64,000 nucleotides of DNA from the human T2T-CHM13v2.0 reference genome, Homo sapiens (GCF_009914755.1 NC_060934.1); one strand, 5' to 3'. Counted from the first letter of the stretch, positions 1 through 14,915 are shown. Numbers and translations: made by a program. The notes: generated by a model from the letters alone, not told the origin.

Positions 1-255
1 GTTCACATGGTACATTCACCAAGATGGAGCATATGCTGAGTCATAAATCAAGTGACAATCATTTTAAAGCACTGAAATCAGACAAAGCATATCCTCTCAT
101 TACAATAGAATTTGATTTAAAAATCAGCGAAAATATATCTAAGAAAAACCTAAGTATATAGAATTTTACCACTACATTTCTAAATAATTTGTGGGTAAAA
201 TATAAAACACAAAAGAAGTTGGAAAATATTTTCAATAGAACAACAAAAATACAAT

Positions 256-724
256 TGTGTTAGCGTTCTCCAGAGAAACAGCATCAATAGGATACACATT
301 GAGAGAGAGCAGAGAAAATAAGGGAAAAGGAGAGAAGGGATTTTAAGAAATTGACTCACATGATTGTGGAGGATAGCAAATTCAAAAGGTGTAGGTCAGT
401 CTGGAAATTCAAGGTAAGAGTTGATGTTGCAGTCCTGAGTCTGAAATCCACAGGGCAAGGCAGCTGGCTGGAAACTCAGATTTTATTTTGTAGTCTGGAG
501 GCAGAGTTCCCTCTTTTTAAGGAAATCTCAGTTTTTGCTCCTAAGGCTTTTCAACTGATTGGATGAAGCCCACCCACATTATGGAGATGCTTCGTTTAAA
601 GTCTACAGACTGTAAGTGTTAATTACATCCACAAATACCTTTACAGCAACACCTAGACTAGTGTTTAGCTAAACAACTGGGCACCATAGCCTAGCCAAGT
701 TGATGCATAAAATTAACCATCACC
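256..724 (-). mobile_element. MLT2-family (ERV-L) solo LTR inserted in L1
   Basis: Reads tgtgttag..gttctccagagaaacag through cctagccaagttga..aaaattaaccatcac, the reverse complement of the MLT2 termini. TACAA is repeated at 250-254 and 725-729, and the L1 resumes. Confidence 0.85.
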
Positions 725-2783
725 TACAACACATCAACATTTGGGAGATAATATACTAAAGTAGTTATTAGAAGAGAATTTATAACTTTAAATGCCTATA
801 TTAAAAATAAGAAATATCTAAAATATTATAGTGTTCCACCCCAATAGTAAGTTAGAAAAAAGTAGAATTCAATGAAATAGCAAATAGACAGACAACAGAG
901 AAACTTTGAAGCCAACAACTATTTTTAGAATATCAATAAAATTGAAAAACTTTTAGCTAGACTAATCAAGAAATAAGAGAGAACATGAACAACCGATACA
1001 ATAAATGAAAAGGAGGTTATCACCGCATACATTAAAAGGATAATAATAGAATATTAGAAACAAATTTGTGCTAACAATTTAACAACTTAGATTAAATGAA
1101 GAACATCTTGAAAAGCACAATTTACCAAATTGACACAAGAAGAAACAGAAAACATGAATAACTAAATATATACATAAAAAACTAAATTTTATGTCAAAAG
1201 CATTCCCCAAAAGAAAATTCCAAGCCCAAGTCTACCTATGATATTGAATCAAATCAAATACTCCAGAAATCAATTATACAAATATTACCCAAAATTTTCA
1301 AAAACAGAGAAGCAGGAATTACAGCTGAACTCATATTGTGAGGCCAGCATAACCCTGATAACAACATCTGAGAATGGCATTACCAATAAAGAAAATTATC
1401 AATGAATATTTCTCATGTAGATAGATGCAGAATTCTTAAGGAAATATTAGCAAATAAAATGAAAAGATATATTTAAAAAGATAATGGATCATGACCAAAT
1501 CAGATTTATACCAGAAATGCAATGCTAGTTGTATTCAAATATCAATCAACATAATTCACTATATTAAAAAATAAAGCAGAAATAGAGTATGATCATTTCA
1601 ATCTGTGCAGTAAAAAACATTTAAAAATATTTAGCACTATTCATGATAAAAGCTCTGAAGGAACTAGGAATTGTAGCAAACAACTTCAAAATAATAAAGG
1701 GCATCTATGAAAAATCTACCAATTGACATCATCTTTAATGGTGAATATATGAATTATTTTATCCAGAGATCAGGAAAAAAGAAATGATGCCCATTTTCAC
1801 CACTTCTACTCCATATTGTTCTGGCAATCCTAGCCATTGTAAGTAAGGTAAGAAAAAGAGGAAAAGGTATAAAAATTAGGGAGGAAAAAGAAAACTGTCA
1901 CTGTCTGCAGATGATTTGATTTTTCACACAGAAAATCCAAACAAATCTACAAAACAACTACTAGCACCAATAAAAATATTTATCAAGAATGCAGGACACA
2001 AGTTTACTATTTTAAGTATATTATATTATCATATATGAGCAGCAAAACATTGGAAAGTGAAATTGTTAAAATTCCACTTATAGTCATGTTAAAAGAATAT
2101 AAAATATCTAAGAACAAATATAACAAAAGACACCCAAGATCTTGACACTTAAAACTATAAAACATTGTAAAAGAAATTAAGGAAGATCTAAATAAATAGA
2201 AACATATACCATGTTTGTAGATTGGAAGACTCATATTGTGAAGTCAACAATTCTCATCAAATTGTTCTGCAGATTTAACTCAATCCCAATTAAAATTGCA
2301 GTCAGATTTTTGTAGAAATTGACAGGCTGATTCTAAAATATGTTTGGAATTTAAAAGTTTCCAGAGAATCAAAACAATTTTAAAAGAAAAGAGCAAAACT
2401 GGAGAACTTGTTCTGATCTCAGAACTTATTTTAAAGCTATAGAAATCAAAATAGTTTGGTATTGGTGGAAAGATAGACATGCGACTAATGGAATATAACA
2501 GAGGGTCTAGAAGCAGACCTATAAGTATTTGATCAATTGATTTTTGACAAATTTCTATGTTAATTCAAAGGAGAAAGTCTTTTCAACAAGTGTTACTAGT
2601 AAAGTGGATATCCACGTGGGAAAAAAAAAGGAAATTGATCCTTATCTCACACCATAAACAAAAATTTACTCAAAATGGATCATAGACCTAAATGTGAAAT
2701 CTAAAACTCTAATACTGTAGGAAAAAGAGAAAATATCTTTGTGACCTTGAAGTAGACAAAGGTTTCTTAAATAGAAAACACAA

Positions 2784-3118
<335 letters not shown>

Positions 3119-4215
3119 TTAAAATTATAAATTGATGAACTGGAATTCATGGAAATGAAAAACTTTTTCTCTTTAAAAGTCACTAGTAAGAAAATAAGAA
3201 CAAGCCATTGACTGAGAGAAAACACAAATATCAAAAGACTTATATCCAGAAAATATGGAGAACTATTACAGCTCAACAATAAAAAACAACCTAATACAAA
3301 ATTAACCATGTGAAAAAAATAGAATCACACATGATCCATTAATTTCACTTATGAGTGTTAACTAGGGACTCAAACATATTTTTTAATTTAATAATGTATT
3401 TAAACACTTTACCAAAAATAAAGATACACAAATGGCCAATAAACACATACAGTGCTCAACATCATTAACCATCAGAAAAAAAAGTGTAATTTAACATACA
3501 CATAATACATACCTATAAAAATGGCTAAAATTAGAATGACTGACCATACTAAATACTGTCAAGGATGTGGAGCAACTACAATTCTCACACATGCTTTTTA
3601 GGAACATAAAACAGCATAATCACTTTAAAAAGCAGTTCTCTCATTTCTCAAAATGTTACATCTATACTAACCAAAAAACCCAGCCATTTTTATAAGGATT
3701 AATCCACAAAAAAAATGTATATATGTTCTCACACAGATTTGTACCCAAAATGTTCATAGTAGCTTAATTATAATAGACAAAAATGGAAACAACTCAAAAG
3801 TGAATCAACAGATGAATGGGAAAACAAATCATTAATTATCAATAGAAAGGAATACTAGTAAGCAATGACAAGGAAAGAACTACTGATAGATGAAACAATT
3901 TGTTTGAATCTCAAAATCATTATGTTGAGTGAAATAAGCCAAGCCAAAAGAGAGTGAGAGTGAGAAAGGAGAGAACGAATACACTCTATGATTCCATCTA
4001 ATTAAAGTAGAAAGACTAGCAAAACCAAGCTGCTAGGAAACAATACAGTGGTTATGTTTGAGGAACGGTAGTGACCGGGAAGGGCATGAGAGGGGCTTCT
4101 ACAGACCTGATAATGTTTTGTACTTATTAATGTAGGTGCCGGTCATATAGTTGTGTTCATACCAAAAAAATCAAGCTGAATATTAATGACCTATGCACAT
4201 TTCTGTATAAATATT

Positions 4216-4762
4216 TGTATTAGTCAGGGTTCTGTAGAGGGACAGAACTAATAGGATAGATGTATATATGAAGAGGAGTTTATTAAGGAGTGTTGACTTA
4301 CACAGTCACAAGGTGAAGTCCCACAATAGGCTGTCTGTAAGCTGAGGAGCAGGAAGCCAGTCCAAGTCCCAAAACATCAAAAGTAGGAGAGCCAACAGTG
4401 CAGCCTTCAGTCTGTGGTCAAAGGCCTGAGAGCCCCTGGCAAACAGTTGGTGGAAGTCCAAGAGTCCAAAAGCTAAAGAACTTGGAGTCCAATGTTCGAG
4501 GGCAGGGAGCATCCAGCACGGGAGAAAGATGACAGCTGGGAGACTCAGCGAGTCTAGTCCTTCCACGTTCCACTGCCTGCTTTTATCCTTGCAACGTTGG
4601 CAGCTGATTAGATGGTGCCCACCCAGACTGGGGGTTGGTCTGCCTCTCCCAGTCCACTTATTCGAATGTTACTCTCCTTTGGCAACACTTTCACAGAAAG
4701 CCAGGGGCAATACTTTGCATCCTTCAGTCCAGTCAAGTTGTGACTCAGTATTAACCATCACA
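4216..4762 (-). mobile_element. MLT2A/B (ERV-L) solo LTR
   Basis: tgtattagtcagggttct..agagggacagaactaatagga through ctcagtattaaccatcaca; perfect 5-bp TSD ATATT (4211-4215, 4763-4767). Confidence 0.92.
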
Positions 4763-4993
4763 ATATTATAATACAATAAACATATTCATAATACAAAAGA
4801 ACATGGCTGGCTACAAACTATTCATTTTCTATTCCCATGAGCAATTAATAATATGATTATTTCTATTTCTATTCGTAGTGCCCTCAGGAACTCTGTAACA
4901 TAGTATTAGAGAATCACAGTCTCTATTCTTGAACTCCAGAGCCAGTAGATCCTTCATCCTCATCAGTGACTAACACTAGCACCTGTACCACCA

Positions 4994-5220
4994 CCAGTAG
5001 AAACAAGAACCAGTAGAAACAAGAATCTCTTATATGTATAAGAGATATACATATATGAGATGTATACATGTATGAGATGAGAGCATATATATCATATATA
5101 TCTCATATAGATGAGATGAGATATATATACGTGTGTGTGCATATATATATATATGATGCCCACACTATAAGAGATATATGGTTAGCTGGATAGATGATCA
5201 CACTATAAGAGATATATGAG
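4994..5220. repeat. Low-complexity TA/GA-rich tract with short direct repeats
   Basis: CCAGTAGAAACAAGAA occurs twice in tandem (~4994-5025); CACTATAAGAGATATATG occurs twice (~5163 and 5201); (TA)n runs. Confidence 0.8.
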
Positions 5221-6079
5221 GGCTAAAACCAACTGACTGATCATACTCACCTTTCCCATCTCATTTTCCCTTCCACCCATAAGCCAGACTGATAGAATCA
5301 CTTGCAACATTAAAATTCTCTTTCTCTGCCATGCCTCCTATCATTGCCAACTATTTAAACACTGACATTTACAAAAGTTAAATGTGTATCTGGCACAACT
5401 ATACTACACTGTTCTGTAGTGCCAAATAAGTAACAAGCCATCATTTCCAGAAGAAATCAAGGCTGTAAGAGCTACAAGGGATACTAGAAAGGATGCTAGG
5501 CTGGGTGTTGGGAACCCTTGATCCTGATCCCTGATTTGGCACTAACTTGCTATGAAACCTAGAGTTCTGACTTTGCTATGTTTCAAATACATTTGACATC
5601 TCTGGAGCTCAGTACTCTCACCTGAAAAATGTTTTTTGACTCTAAAAAATGTCCCTTAACCTTTCTATATGAAGAGATACTGCTTCCGGGAAACAAAAAG
5701 AGTCAGGGGGAGGCTGGATTGATGCAAGGCTCCTGTTCCTTAGAGAGCAACTGGTTTCTTGGCCCTCTCCTGGGTGCTTCTTTAGACCCACACTTCTGGC
5801 ACCTGCCTCAGCTCCACCCTGCTCTCATGGATCCAGAATATAACAATCCTAAACTCCAATCCTAGCTCTTTCCCTTGTTACTGGCAAAAACTTTGACAAC
5901 TTTCTAGGCTCTCTTTAATTTCAATTTCCTCCTGTGTACAACAGAACTAATAATATGTAACTCATGGTGTTTCTGTTAAATATATAATGTGTCAGATCCA
6001 TACATTCCATGCCCCCTTGGTATCATTTAAATATTTTGTAGGCAACAGAAACAGAAACTACCAACTTAAGGAAAAGTTT

Positions 6080-6517
<438 letters not shown>

Positions 6518-7962
6518 CTACCCCATCTACCTTCTGTGTTCAGGAAATAAATTACTGAGCAGGATAATCCAATGCCCTACCTTGGACCACATGACTATAT
6601 CTATAATCAGAGGGAAAAAGTCTGCTGATTAAAACCTCACTGAAGCCACACAGACTAAGAAGGATGGATCTCCCTAAAGGAAAGAGGCACAATTACTAGA
6701 ACAAGAGAGGGGATGCTTGGCAGAAAAAAACAGATTCCATGCCCAGTCCTGCAAGTTCTGCAAGTTGTCATCAATCCTTCTAGAGAGTCATTTTTTAAAA
6801 GTTCTAGCCAATGGCACTACCTCCTCACTCATATTCTTGCCCAGACCTTTCCTACCCACCCACCTGCCTGCCTGTTGGGCCTTTTGTGATTCCAGCCCCG
6901 CTTCACCACTGGGAGCCCTGTCAAGCTTAATTACCTTAGGGGCTGAGGCTCTTTATGCAGGTGAACTGGGGCACAAAATATCATCTATTCAGTGGGTAAG
7001 CCTAGGTACCCCAAACACAAGGATTTTAGCTTTTCTCACGTACAGAACCATACAATTTCTACACAACTGATGAATCAATAAATGCAAAAAGGGAGATCTT
7101 CACCCAGAGACAACACAAAGAAACTCAGGAAGCAAAGCTGTAAGCCAGCCTCTCCCTCTGTGCACTCCCTGCCTTGGTGTGCTCACTCATGCTATTTGAA
7201 CAGCTGACAGAGGCTTGGCCTGGTCTTCTGAGACCTCCACAACATCACATTAGACAATAACTCTATATTTAGCCATGAGTGAAATAGAAAAGGAAGGGAA
7301 TCAGGGCCAAACAGACTAAGATGAACAGAGAAGTCTGGACTTTCATTTGTAATGTTTCTTAGCAAAACAAGGGGATGTTTGGATGCTGGGTCTGTTTATT
7401 TAGACTCAAGATCTCATATCCTAATGTGAACTTTCTGGACAATGTCTTTTGATTCCTTTAATCTCTCTGTGGCCTTTTTCTACCCAGTACAAAACAGCTG
7501 GATGAAAAGTCACACCTGCATTCCACAAGTAGAAAAATATAATTCAGTCTAATTCAGTTTTCGGTGTAACATAATCACTAGAAGTAGGGATTCTTGGATT
7601 CTGATCTAACTGCCAACCACTGCCTAACTTGAGGGGAATTGCTTTTCTTCTGTGGGCCTCAGTTTTCTCATCCCTTGAGTGAAGATGCTGAACATCACAT
7701 TTTCTAAAGACTGTTTCTTCCTGTTTTGAGGTTTAATGAAGTTAGGGTCAGAGGGACTTCTAGGAATAAATGCTTCCAGTGTTCAGGTAACACAAGTTTC
7801 TCCTGAGGAGAAATACAGGAAAATTAAAGGGCTCCATTTGCCCATCTTGATTCAGCTGGGGGTGAGGAGCTGAAAAGGACACCTGCTGATGCTACTCATG
7901 AACTGTGTAGCATCATTCTTTGAGAGCACTGGTTATGTAGCATTTGGGATGATGATAAAAGT

Positions 7963-8160
7963 CAAGGATCAGCAAACTTTTTCTGTAAAGGATCAGATGA
8001 GAAATGTTTTAGGCTATGCTGACCTAGAGTCTCTGTTGCAAGTATTCGACAATGCTACTGTAGTATGAAAGCAGACATAAAATACATACATGAATGAGTG
8101 TGATTGCATTCTATTACAAAAACAGTAGTGGGGACATAAGCTGTAGTTGTCTGACCCCTG
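7963..8160. mobile_element. MER58A-like hAT DNA transposon (MITE)
   Basis: TIR-like ends caaggatcagcaaact and agttgtctgacccctg; 8-bp TSD ATAAAAGT/ATATAAGT (7 of 8 match), typical of hAT. Confidence 0.85.
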
Positions 8161-9499
8161 ATATAAGTGATGGTCTTTGTGATTAGAAATGTATAACCTT
8201 ATCCTCCCTCCCACTTCACAGACAAATGTAAGTCCTGCAGGAGTTTATTATTACCAAGAGAGTTTGGAAAATGTTTCAAAGCCATAAATAGTTTAGAATA
8301 ATAATAAAACTGTGAAGATCAGTGAACTAGGAAACAAAAGATGTAGATTGAGGCCAAATGCAACCATTTAACTAGTTGGCAAATGATTTAACCTCTATGA
8401 ATCTAGGTTTCCTCATGTCCAGTTTTTTTGGAAATGGTACATGCTGTGCCTAAAAGGAATAAGAATAAAAATAGCAACAGTTAACATTTGAGTATTCTCA
8501 TAAAATTGTAAATTTTTTTTTTACCTTTGTTATCACATTTAATTCTCAAAAAAGCCATTATTATCTATCTAAAGTATAGGTATTATTACCTAACTCACAA
8601 CATTCTGACATGTAGATATTATTACTCCCATCTTATAATTCAGATACTGAAGGTCAGATGAGAAGTAAAAGTGAGATGAAAATGCTCTGAAAACTCTACA
8701 GCACTACATTAGAATAAAGTTATATAATTACTCAAGATAAGGGAAACAATGTTTCCCAAGTCTTTCCTCCACATGTTGAAATTGTGCAGTTTCATCATAG
8801 TATCTAAAATCCAATAGAATATGCATGTTCTAATACCCACTTTATGTGTAATCAACCACTACCCACTTATGAAGCTTCTACTCTCCATACAGGGCCCCAA
8901 CTTACTCCTAAGGAGAGGCTAGAGAATCTATCACTAAATTTCCTTGTCCTTCCTAACAGCATATCCAGGAAAATCGAGTTGCTGCTATTTTCATAGACTC
9001 AGTAGTTACATGGCAACAGAGATCCAGGTTTATGTCCCACTTGTGCTGGTAAGATATATAGAGGAATGAGAAGGGAGGGGTTGTCAGCAAAACCTGGCAT
9101 GTTGCAACTCCCAACAACTTCTTCAGGTGAGAAGGCTGTAAGCATTCTCCCTTGCCTAAACCTGTGTAACGAAAGGGATGGCAGGTAGCAGTGAATACCT
9201 TTCCATGCTCTAAACTAGATCAGACAAAAGAAACATACATGGAGCATCATTTCTAAGTGTTTGAAACCATTCCAGGCATTACCTTTAAACATTTAAAATT
9301 TTTTAAAGAGCAAAAGTCACAGTTGTTGAATTCCATTTGCAAGGCACCTGACATAGTGAAATGTTGCCTTTTTTTTATTTATTGACATATATTTTTCTCT
9401 TGTTAAAAGGAACATAGCCTTAATATAGAAAACTAGAAGTATCTAAAAAAATAGTTTATAAGAATGATCCATAATTCCATAGGGTAAAATAATTATTAT

Positions 9500-9725
9500 T
9501 GTAGGAAGATTGTTTCCAAAGATAGCCACAGCCATTGCTCCCATCCTGCATGCCTCCTTTGCAATGGTCACTCTCCACACCCAGAGGTGGAGTTGATTGT
9601 CTGATCTGACACTGCAGTCTTCTTTGCCAAAAGAATGTGGCAGAAGCAACACGTACAATGATGCTAGGCTTTGAGAGGACTTGGAGCCTTTGTTTTTGTC
9701 TGCTTAAAACCCTCAGTCTCCATGG
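9500..9725 (+). mobile_element. MLT1 (MaLR) LTR 5' fragment
   Basis: tgtaggaagattgtttccaaagatagccac..cagaggtggagt..tttgccaaaagaatgtggcagaag resembles old MLT1 LTR starts. Confidence 0.6.
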
Positions 9726-9801
9726 GTTTTTTTTTAAGCCTGTTAAAAATAAGAGATTTAAGTAAAATCTAGAGTAATATAACACCCCACAAGTCCAGGT
9801 T

Positions 9802-10835
9802 TGTTGTGGGAAGTCAGGTACCCCAAACAGAGGGACCCGCTGAAGCCATGGCAGAAGAAAATAAATTGTGAAGATTTCATGGACATTAATTAGTTCCCCA
9901 AATTAATACTTTTATAATTTCCTATGCCTGTCTTTACTTTAATCTCTTAATCCCGTCATCTTCGTAAACTGAGGAGAATGTATGTCACCTCAGGACCCTG
10001 TGATGATTGCGTTAACTGCACAAATTGTTTGTAGAGCATGTGTGTTTGAACAATATGAAATCTGGGCACCTTGAGAAAAGAACAGGATAACAGCAATGTT
10101 CAGGGAACAGGAGAGATAACCTTAAACTCTGACCACCAGTGAGCTGGGTGGAACAGAGCCATATTTCTCTTCTTTCAAAAGCAAATGGGAGAAATATCAC
10201 TGAATTCTTTTTCTCAGCAAGGAACATCCCTGAGAAAGAGAATGCATCCCTGAGGGTAGCCCTCTGAAATGGCCGCTTCAGGGGTGGCTGCCTTTTACAG
10301 TTGCAGCTGTAGGGATGAAATAAGCCCCAGTCTCCCATAGCGCTCCCAGGCTTATTAGGATGAGGAAATTCCTGCCTAATAAATTTTGGTCAGACCGGTT
10401 GTCTGCTCTCAAACCCTGTCTCCTGATAAGATGTTATCAATGACAATGCGTGCCTGAAACTTCATTAGCAATTTTAATTTCGCCCCAGTCCTGTGGTCCT
10501 GTGATCTTGCCCTGACTCCATTTGCCTTGTGATATTCTATTACCTTGTGAAGCATGTGATCTCTGTGACCCACACCCTATTCGTACACTCCCTCCCCTTT
10601 TGAAAATCACTAATAAAAACTTGCTGGTTTTACGGCTCAGGGGGCATCATGGAACCTGCCAACATGTGATGTCTCCCCTGGACACCCAGTTTTAAAATTT
10701 GTCTCTTTTGTACTCTGTTCCTTTATTTCTCAGACCACTTAGGGAAAATAGAAAAGAACCTACGTGAAATATCAGGGGTGAATTTCGCCCAATATCTGGC
10801 TGAATTTCTCCTGATATTAGGGCATGGTTTTCCTG
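9802..10835 (+). mobile_element. MER11 solo LTR (HERV-K/HML-8 family)
   Basis: Diagnostic start tgttgtgggaagtcagg.acccc..agagggacc.gctgaagccatggcagaag; AATAAA at ~10612; end gaaaagaacctacgtgaaatatc...; 6-bp TSD CAGGTT (9796-9801, 10836-10841). Confidence 0.93.
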
Positions 10836-10871
10836 CAGGTTTATATTGAAGGTATGGGGTATCTCCCATTA

Positions 10872-12138
10872 CAGATTTCTATTGAAAATCACTCATATCG
10901 AGAACAGAAAATATCTCAAATCAAATGAAAAAAGAAAATTAACAGGCACAAACACCAAGATAACAAAAAAAAGTTGGAAATATCTGGAAAATATTTTAAA
11001 GCAGCCCTCATATAAATGCTTCAATGAGCAATTATGACCATGCTTGAACCAACAAAAATATTGAAAGTCACAGGAAAAAAACAGAATATATAAAGAAGAA
11101 CCAAATGGAAATTTTAGAACTAAAATATGAAATAAACAAAATTTTGAAATGCAGTGAATGGGCTCCATTAGCAGAATGAAGAGGGCAGAGAAAGGAATCA
11201 ACGAAGTCAACAATTAAACCATGAAAATTACCCAATCTGAAAAGAGAGAGAAAACAGACTGTAAAAAAAAAAGCCTCAGCTACATGTGGGACTGTAACAA
11301 AGGATCTGACATTTGTGTCATTGAAGCTTAGGAAGAAAAGAAAAAGATTGTAAGGCTGAAAAAATAGTAAAAGAAATTATGATGTAAAATTTCCCCAAAC
11401 TATCAAAAGACATCAATCTATAGAGAAAAGAAACTGAGAGGAAGCCAAACAGGATAAAAAGAAACCTTCATCAAGACATACCATGGTTAAACTTCTGAAA
11501 ACTAAAGACAAAACAAAACAACAACAACAAAAAAAAAAAAAAAGAAAGAAAAAGAAAAAAAACCTTTTGAAATCAGCCAGAGAGAAATGATGTTTTCCCT
11601 ATTTACCTAAAGGGGAAAACATTTTGAATGAGGCAGATTTCTCATCAAAATCCACGATGGCAAGAAAAAAAGTGGTACAGCATTTTTCAAGTCCTGAAAG
11701 GCATGAACTGTCAATCCAGAATTCTATAACCAGAAAAAGCATACTTCAGGAATGAAAGGAAAATTAAGATATTCTCAGATGAAAACCAACTAAAAGAACT
11801 TGTCACCAGCAGACCTACTGTAAAAGAATGGCAAAAGGAAGTTCTGTAAACAGAAAGAAATGATAAAAGAAGGAATCTTGAAACATCATGAAGGAAGAAA
11901 GAGCATAGAAAGATAAAAAATATGAATAAATACAGTAAAGCTTCTCCTCTTAAGTTTTCTAAATTATGTTTGAGGATTGAAGTAAAAATTGTAACAATTC
12001 CTGATGTGGTTATGCAGAGGAGATAAATGAGACAAATTTTTAGTCGGGGAGAATAAAGGGATGTAAAGGAGAGTAAGATTTCTATACTTCCCTCTAACTG
12101 ACAAGTGTTGACACCAGCGGACTGATAGACGTGTATGC

Positions 12139-12188
<50 letters not shown>

Positions 12189-12460
12189 ATATACACACAC
12201 ACTATATAAATGTGTACATATACACAAATGTATATATATATACACACAATGTATATATACACAATGTATATATAGACACACAATGTGTGTCTATATATGT
12301 ACACAATATATGCAATAGCTAGAGCAATAGCTGAAACAACTATAAAAAAGATGCGCTCAAGAACACTATAGGTAAATCAAAACTGAATGGAACACACAGG
12401 AAGGCAAAAAAAAAAAAACCAAAAAATGAAAAAGAACAAATAGAAAACAAAAATTTCTCA
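10872..12460 (+). mobile_element. Old L1 (L1MC/MD-type) ORF1 and inter-ORF region; its 5' piece at ~9765-9801 is split off by MER11
   Basis: A-rich ORF1-like sequence, e.g. ccagaattctataaccagaaaaagcatacttcaggaatgaaagg (PRILYPAK-like) and gtcaccagcagacctactgtaaaagaa. Confidence 0.85.
12138..12312. repeat. Compound (TA)n(TG)n/(TACA)n microsatellite
   Basis: Read directly; it explains the low-complexity ORFs at 11711-12322. Confidence 0.95.
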
Positions 12461-12469
12461 AAAAACACA

Positions 12470-12690
12470 ATTATAGGCATACAGTGGCTAAAACCCATAC
12501 TCTGGAGCCAGTATGCCTGTGTTAAATTCCTGGCTCCAACACACTGGGCAAGTTGCCTAACCTCCCTATGCCTCGGTTACTTTATATGTAAATTGGACAT
12601 AACAATATTCACTGCACAGGGTTTGATGAGATTTTAATATGTTAATATTTACAACAGTGCCTACCACATGGTAAATATTATATCTATATT
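12470..12690 (+). mobile_element. MIR SINE
   Basis: ctctggagccag..aaattcctggctcca..gggcaagttgcctaacctc..atgtaaattggacataacaata core. Confidence 0.75.
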
Positions 12691-13079
12691 CTCCAATTAA
12701 ATAATTAAATTGATTCCTTAACTAGAGACAAGAAAACATTTAACTGTTCCTCTTTTTTGCCCTTTTAAATTACACTGTGACAAACCTTCTTTTACATTAG
12801 GCTTACTCCACATTTCTGATGATTTTTACAATAGACAAGCCCTCTGAAATATGTTTTGATGTTTATGTGCAGCCCCACTCTTTTTTCCTAGGCAGAATAA
12901 ACTTCACAGACTTTTATAAGAGGTTGTTTCGACACAGAACTTAATAACTAAAATAGTTGGAGTTTTCACCAAATTTGTTTTGTCGGCACACAAAATAGAC
13001 AGTGGAAGATTTTGTGGTATGTCATGTAAAGGTGTCCTAATTGTTTGTGACTTCATATATCACTACAAACTCTCCAGGA

Positions 13080-13300
13080 TGGCATAGTATATTGGTTAAG
13101 AATATGAGCTTTGAAATTCAATCACCTGGGTTCAAATTCCAGCTCTATTCTTTATAAGCTGTACAGTCTTGAACATGTTGCTTAACCTCTTCATGTTTCA
13201 GGTGCTTCATCTATAAAAAGGAAGAAATAATAGTATCTACTTCACAGGGGTGTTATAAGGATAAAATGAGTTAATCCACCTAAAATACTCAGAAGAGTCC
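13080..13300 (+). mobile_element. MIR SINE
   Basis: ggcatagtat..ggttaagaatatgagctttga..cctgggttcaaattccagctct..catctataaaaagg. Confidence 0.85.
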
Positions 13301-14759
13301 CTGCCGTTAAGCCAAAAAGAAAGACTAAGTGAAATCCCCTTCAGGTGGCCTAACTTCATCCTGAAAACATGCAGATAAGAAAATGATTATGAATCTCAAT
13401 GCAAAATGCTGAAGAAAAGAGGAAAAATCCCTAACTCTCTCATTATGTAGCAACGTTAGCTACCAAGAGTGTTATAATAGAGCTCTGGGTTATGTATTAT
13501 CACCATCTGTAGCCTGCTAAGCATTCCCTTCCCAATAAATCATCTCTTAAGGATGACTGAAAATTCACAAGTAATTTCGCATAAATAATTTTTTTGCATC
13601 TGAGCCAATTCTACCTGCATGCCCATATGGGAGCTTGGAACATTTCTTTGATGACAAACAGATTGGCCTGGGAAATAAGGGAATCTGAAAGGCTCAGTGC
13701 GTGATTTGTAATCTTCGCAACTTTTGGTTAAAAGGAACTCCGTGACTAAAGGAGTTTATTCTTAGGTTCCTGTAGCTGTAAATCAAAATACAAGATCATG
13801 CTTTAGGAGATATTGTTTGCTGTGTTTTTAAATGGAGTTTAAAATAAACTGTTAAGATCTCTGTTAAACTCCGGGCTTAGAGTATATTCTATTTTGGGAT
13901 ATTATTACTCAGTATGTAAACAAGCTGTACCAAGATAAACTGTACAAGATTTCATAATTCCTTGCTGCTCAAGAATAGCAGCTGGTTGCTGCAAAAATTT
14001 CAGTTTCCCCCCTATCTTTAGTTTCTCTTTTCCTTATCTATAATGGCTGATTTGACTGTGGAATCCAGACATGGGACAGACTATAAAAACTATGAATTAA
14101 TCTATCCATTTTATTCAAACCTTGCCGCAAGATATTCAAGACCCAAAGGAATTTTCCTGTGAAGGTCAAATTTTATGCATCATAGAAAGTAGAGAAAATG
14201 TTTGGGATTGATACACCTTTCCCCAACTCATACCTAATTAGTATATTGGCAATATATCTCAGATTTCCTATCACAGTTCCAATGTTAAAATGTCTGGCCT
14301 ATTCTTAGCTCAAACGTCAAGTTATTCTAGAAACTCTGATAGCTGAGCATTCTTGTTACATTATTAAGTTATCTTATAAGATGAGCCATGTGCCCTCATT
14401 TAAGGAGTGAAAAATAACAAGGCCGTGAGACTAGCAAGCTCCTCTTGTTTCTAACTTCTGAGTATGTTCTGCTCATTCTCAGAGCTCAAAGTTTGAGTCT
14501 GGATTCTATAACTTGAAGAACTTGATGGGTGTTCCAAAGAAAGCCTCAGAAGAGAGGCCTCTTAAGATTTCTTAAAAATTTCTTCCCTAATGTTCTTTGG
14601 ACGCCTCATAGATTTAAAGTAGAATTCATGGAAACAAAAAGACTCTCCTTGAAGACTCAGCTGGGGACTCTCCATATTGAAACCTGTTCTCATAGAGAAT
14701 AAAGTTCAAGGGAACAAGGCAAGGTAATTGAAGTAGACCAAAGAGGCACTCCAGCCTCT

Positions 14760-14915
14760 ATAGCCTTAACAGTGTGGACTCTGGAGTCAGAAAGCATGGG
14801 TTTGAGTCTTATCTCTACAACTTATTAGCTGTGTGATCTTAGATAAGTCATAATCCTCTTTGGTGGTAAAAATAATGTCATCTTCATAGGATTACTGAGG
14901 ATTAAATGAACTAAA
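14760..14915 (+). mobile_element. MIR SINE
   Basis: gtggactctggagtcaga..gggtttgagtc..cttattagctgtgtgatcttagataagtca. Confidence 0.8.

Noticed and set aside
11711-12322. 197-aa and overlapping Y/I/C/V/H/T-rich ORFs
   Set aside because: They are translations of a (TA)n(TG)n microsatellite plus antisense L1. The same applies to ORFs at 25509-25712 and 55205-55551.
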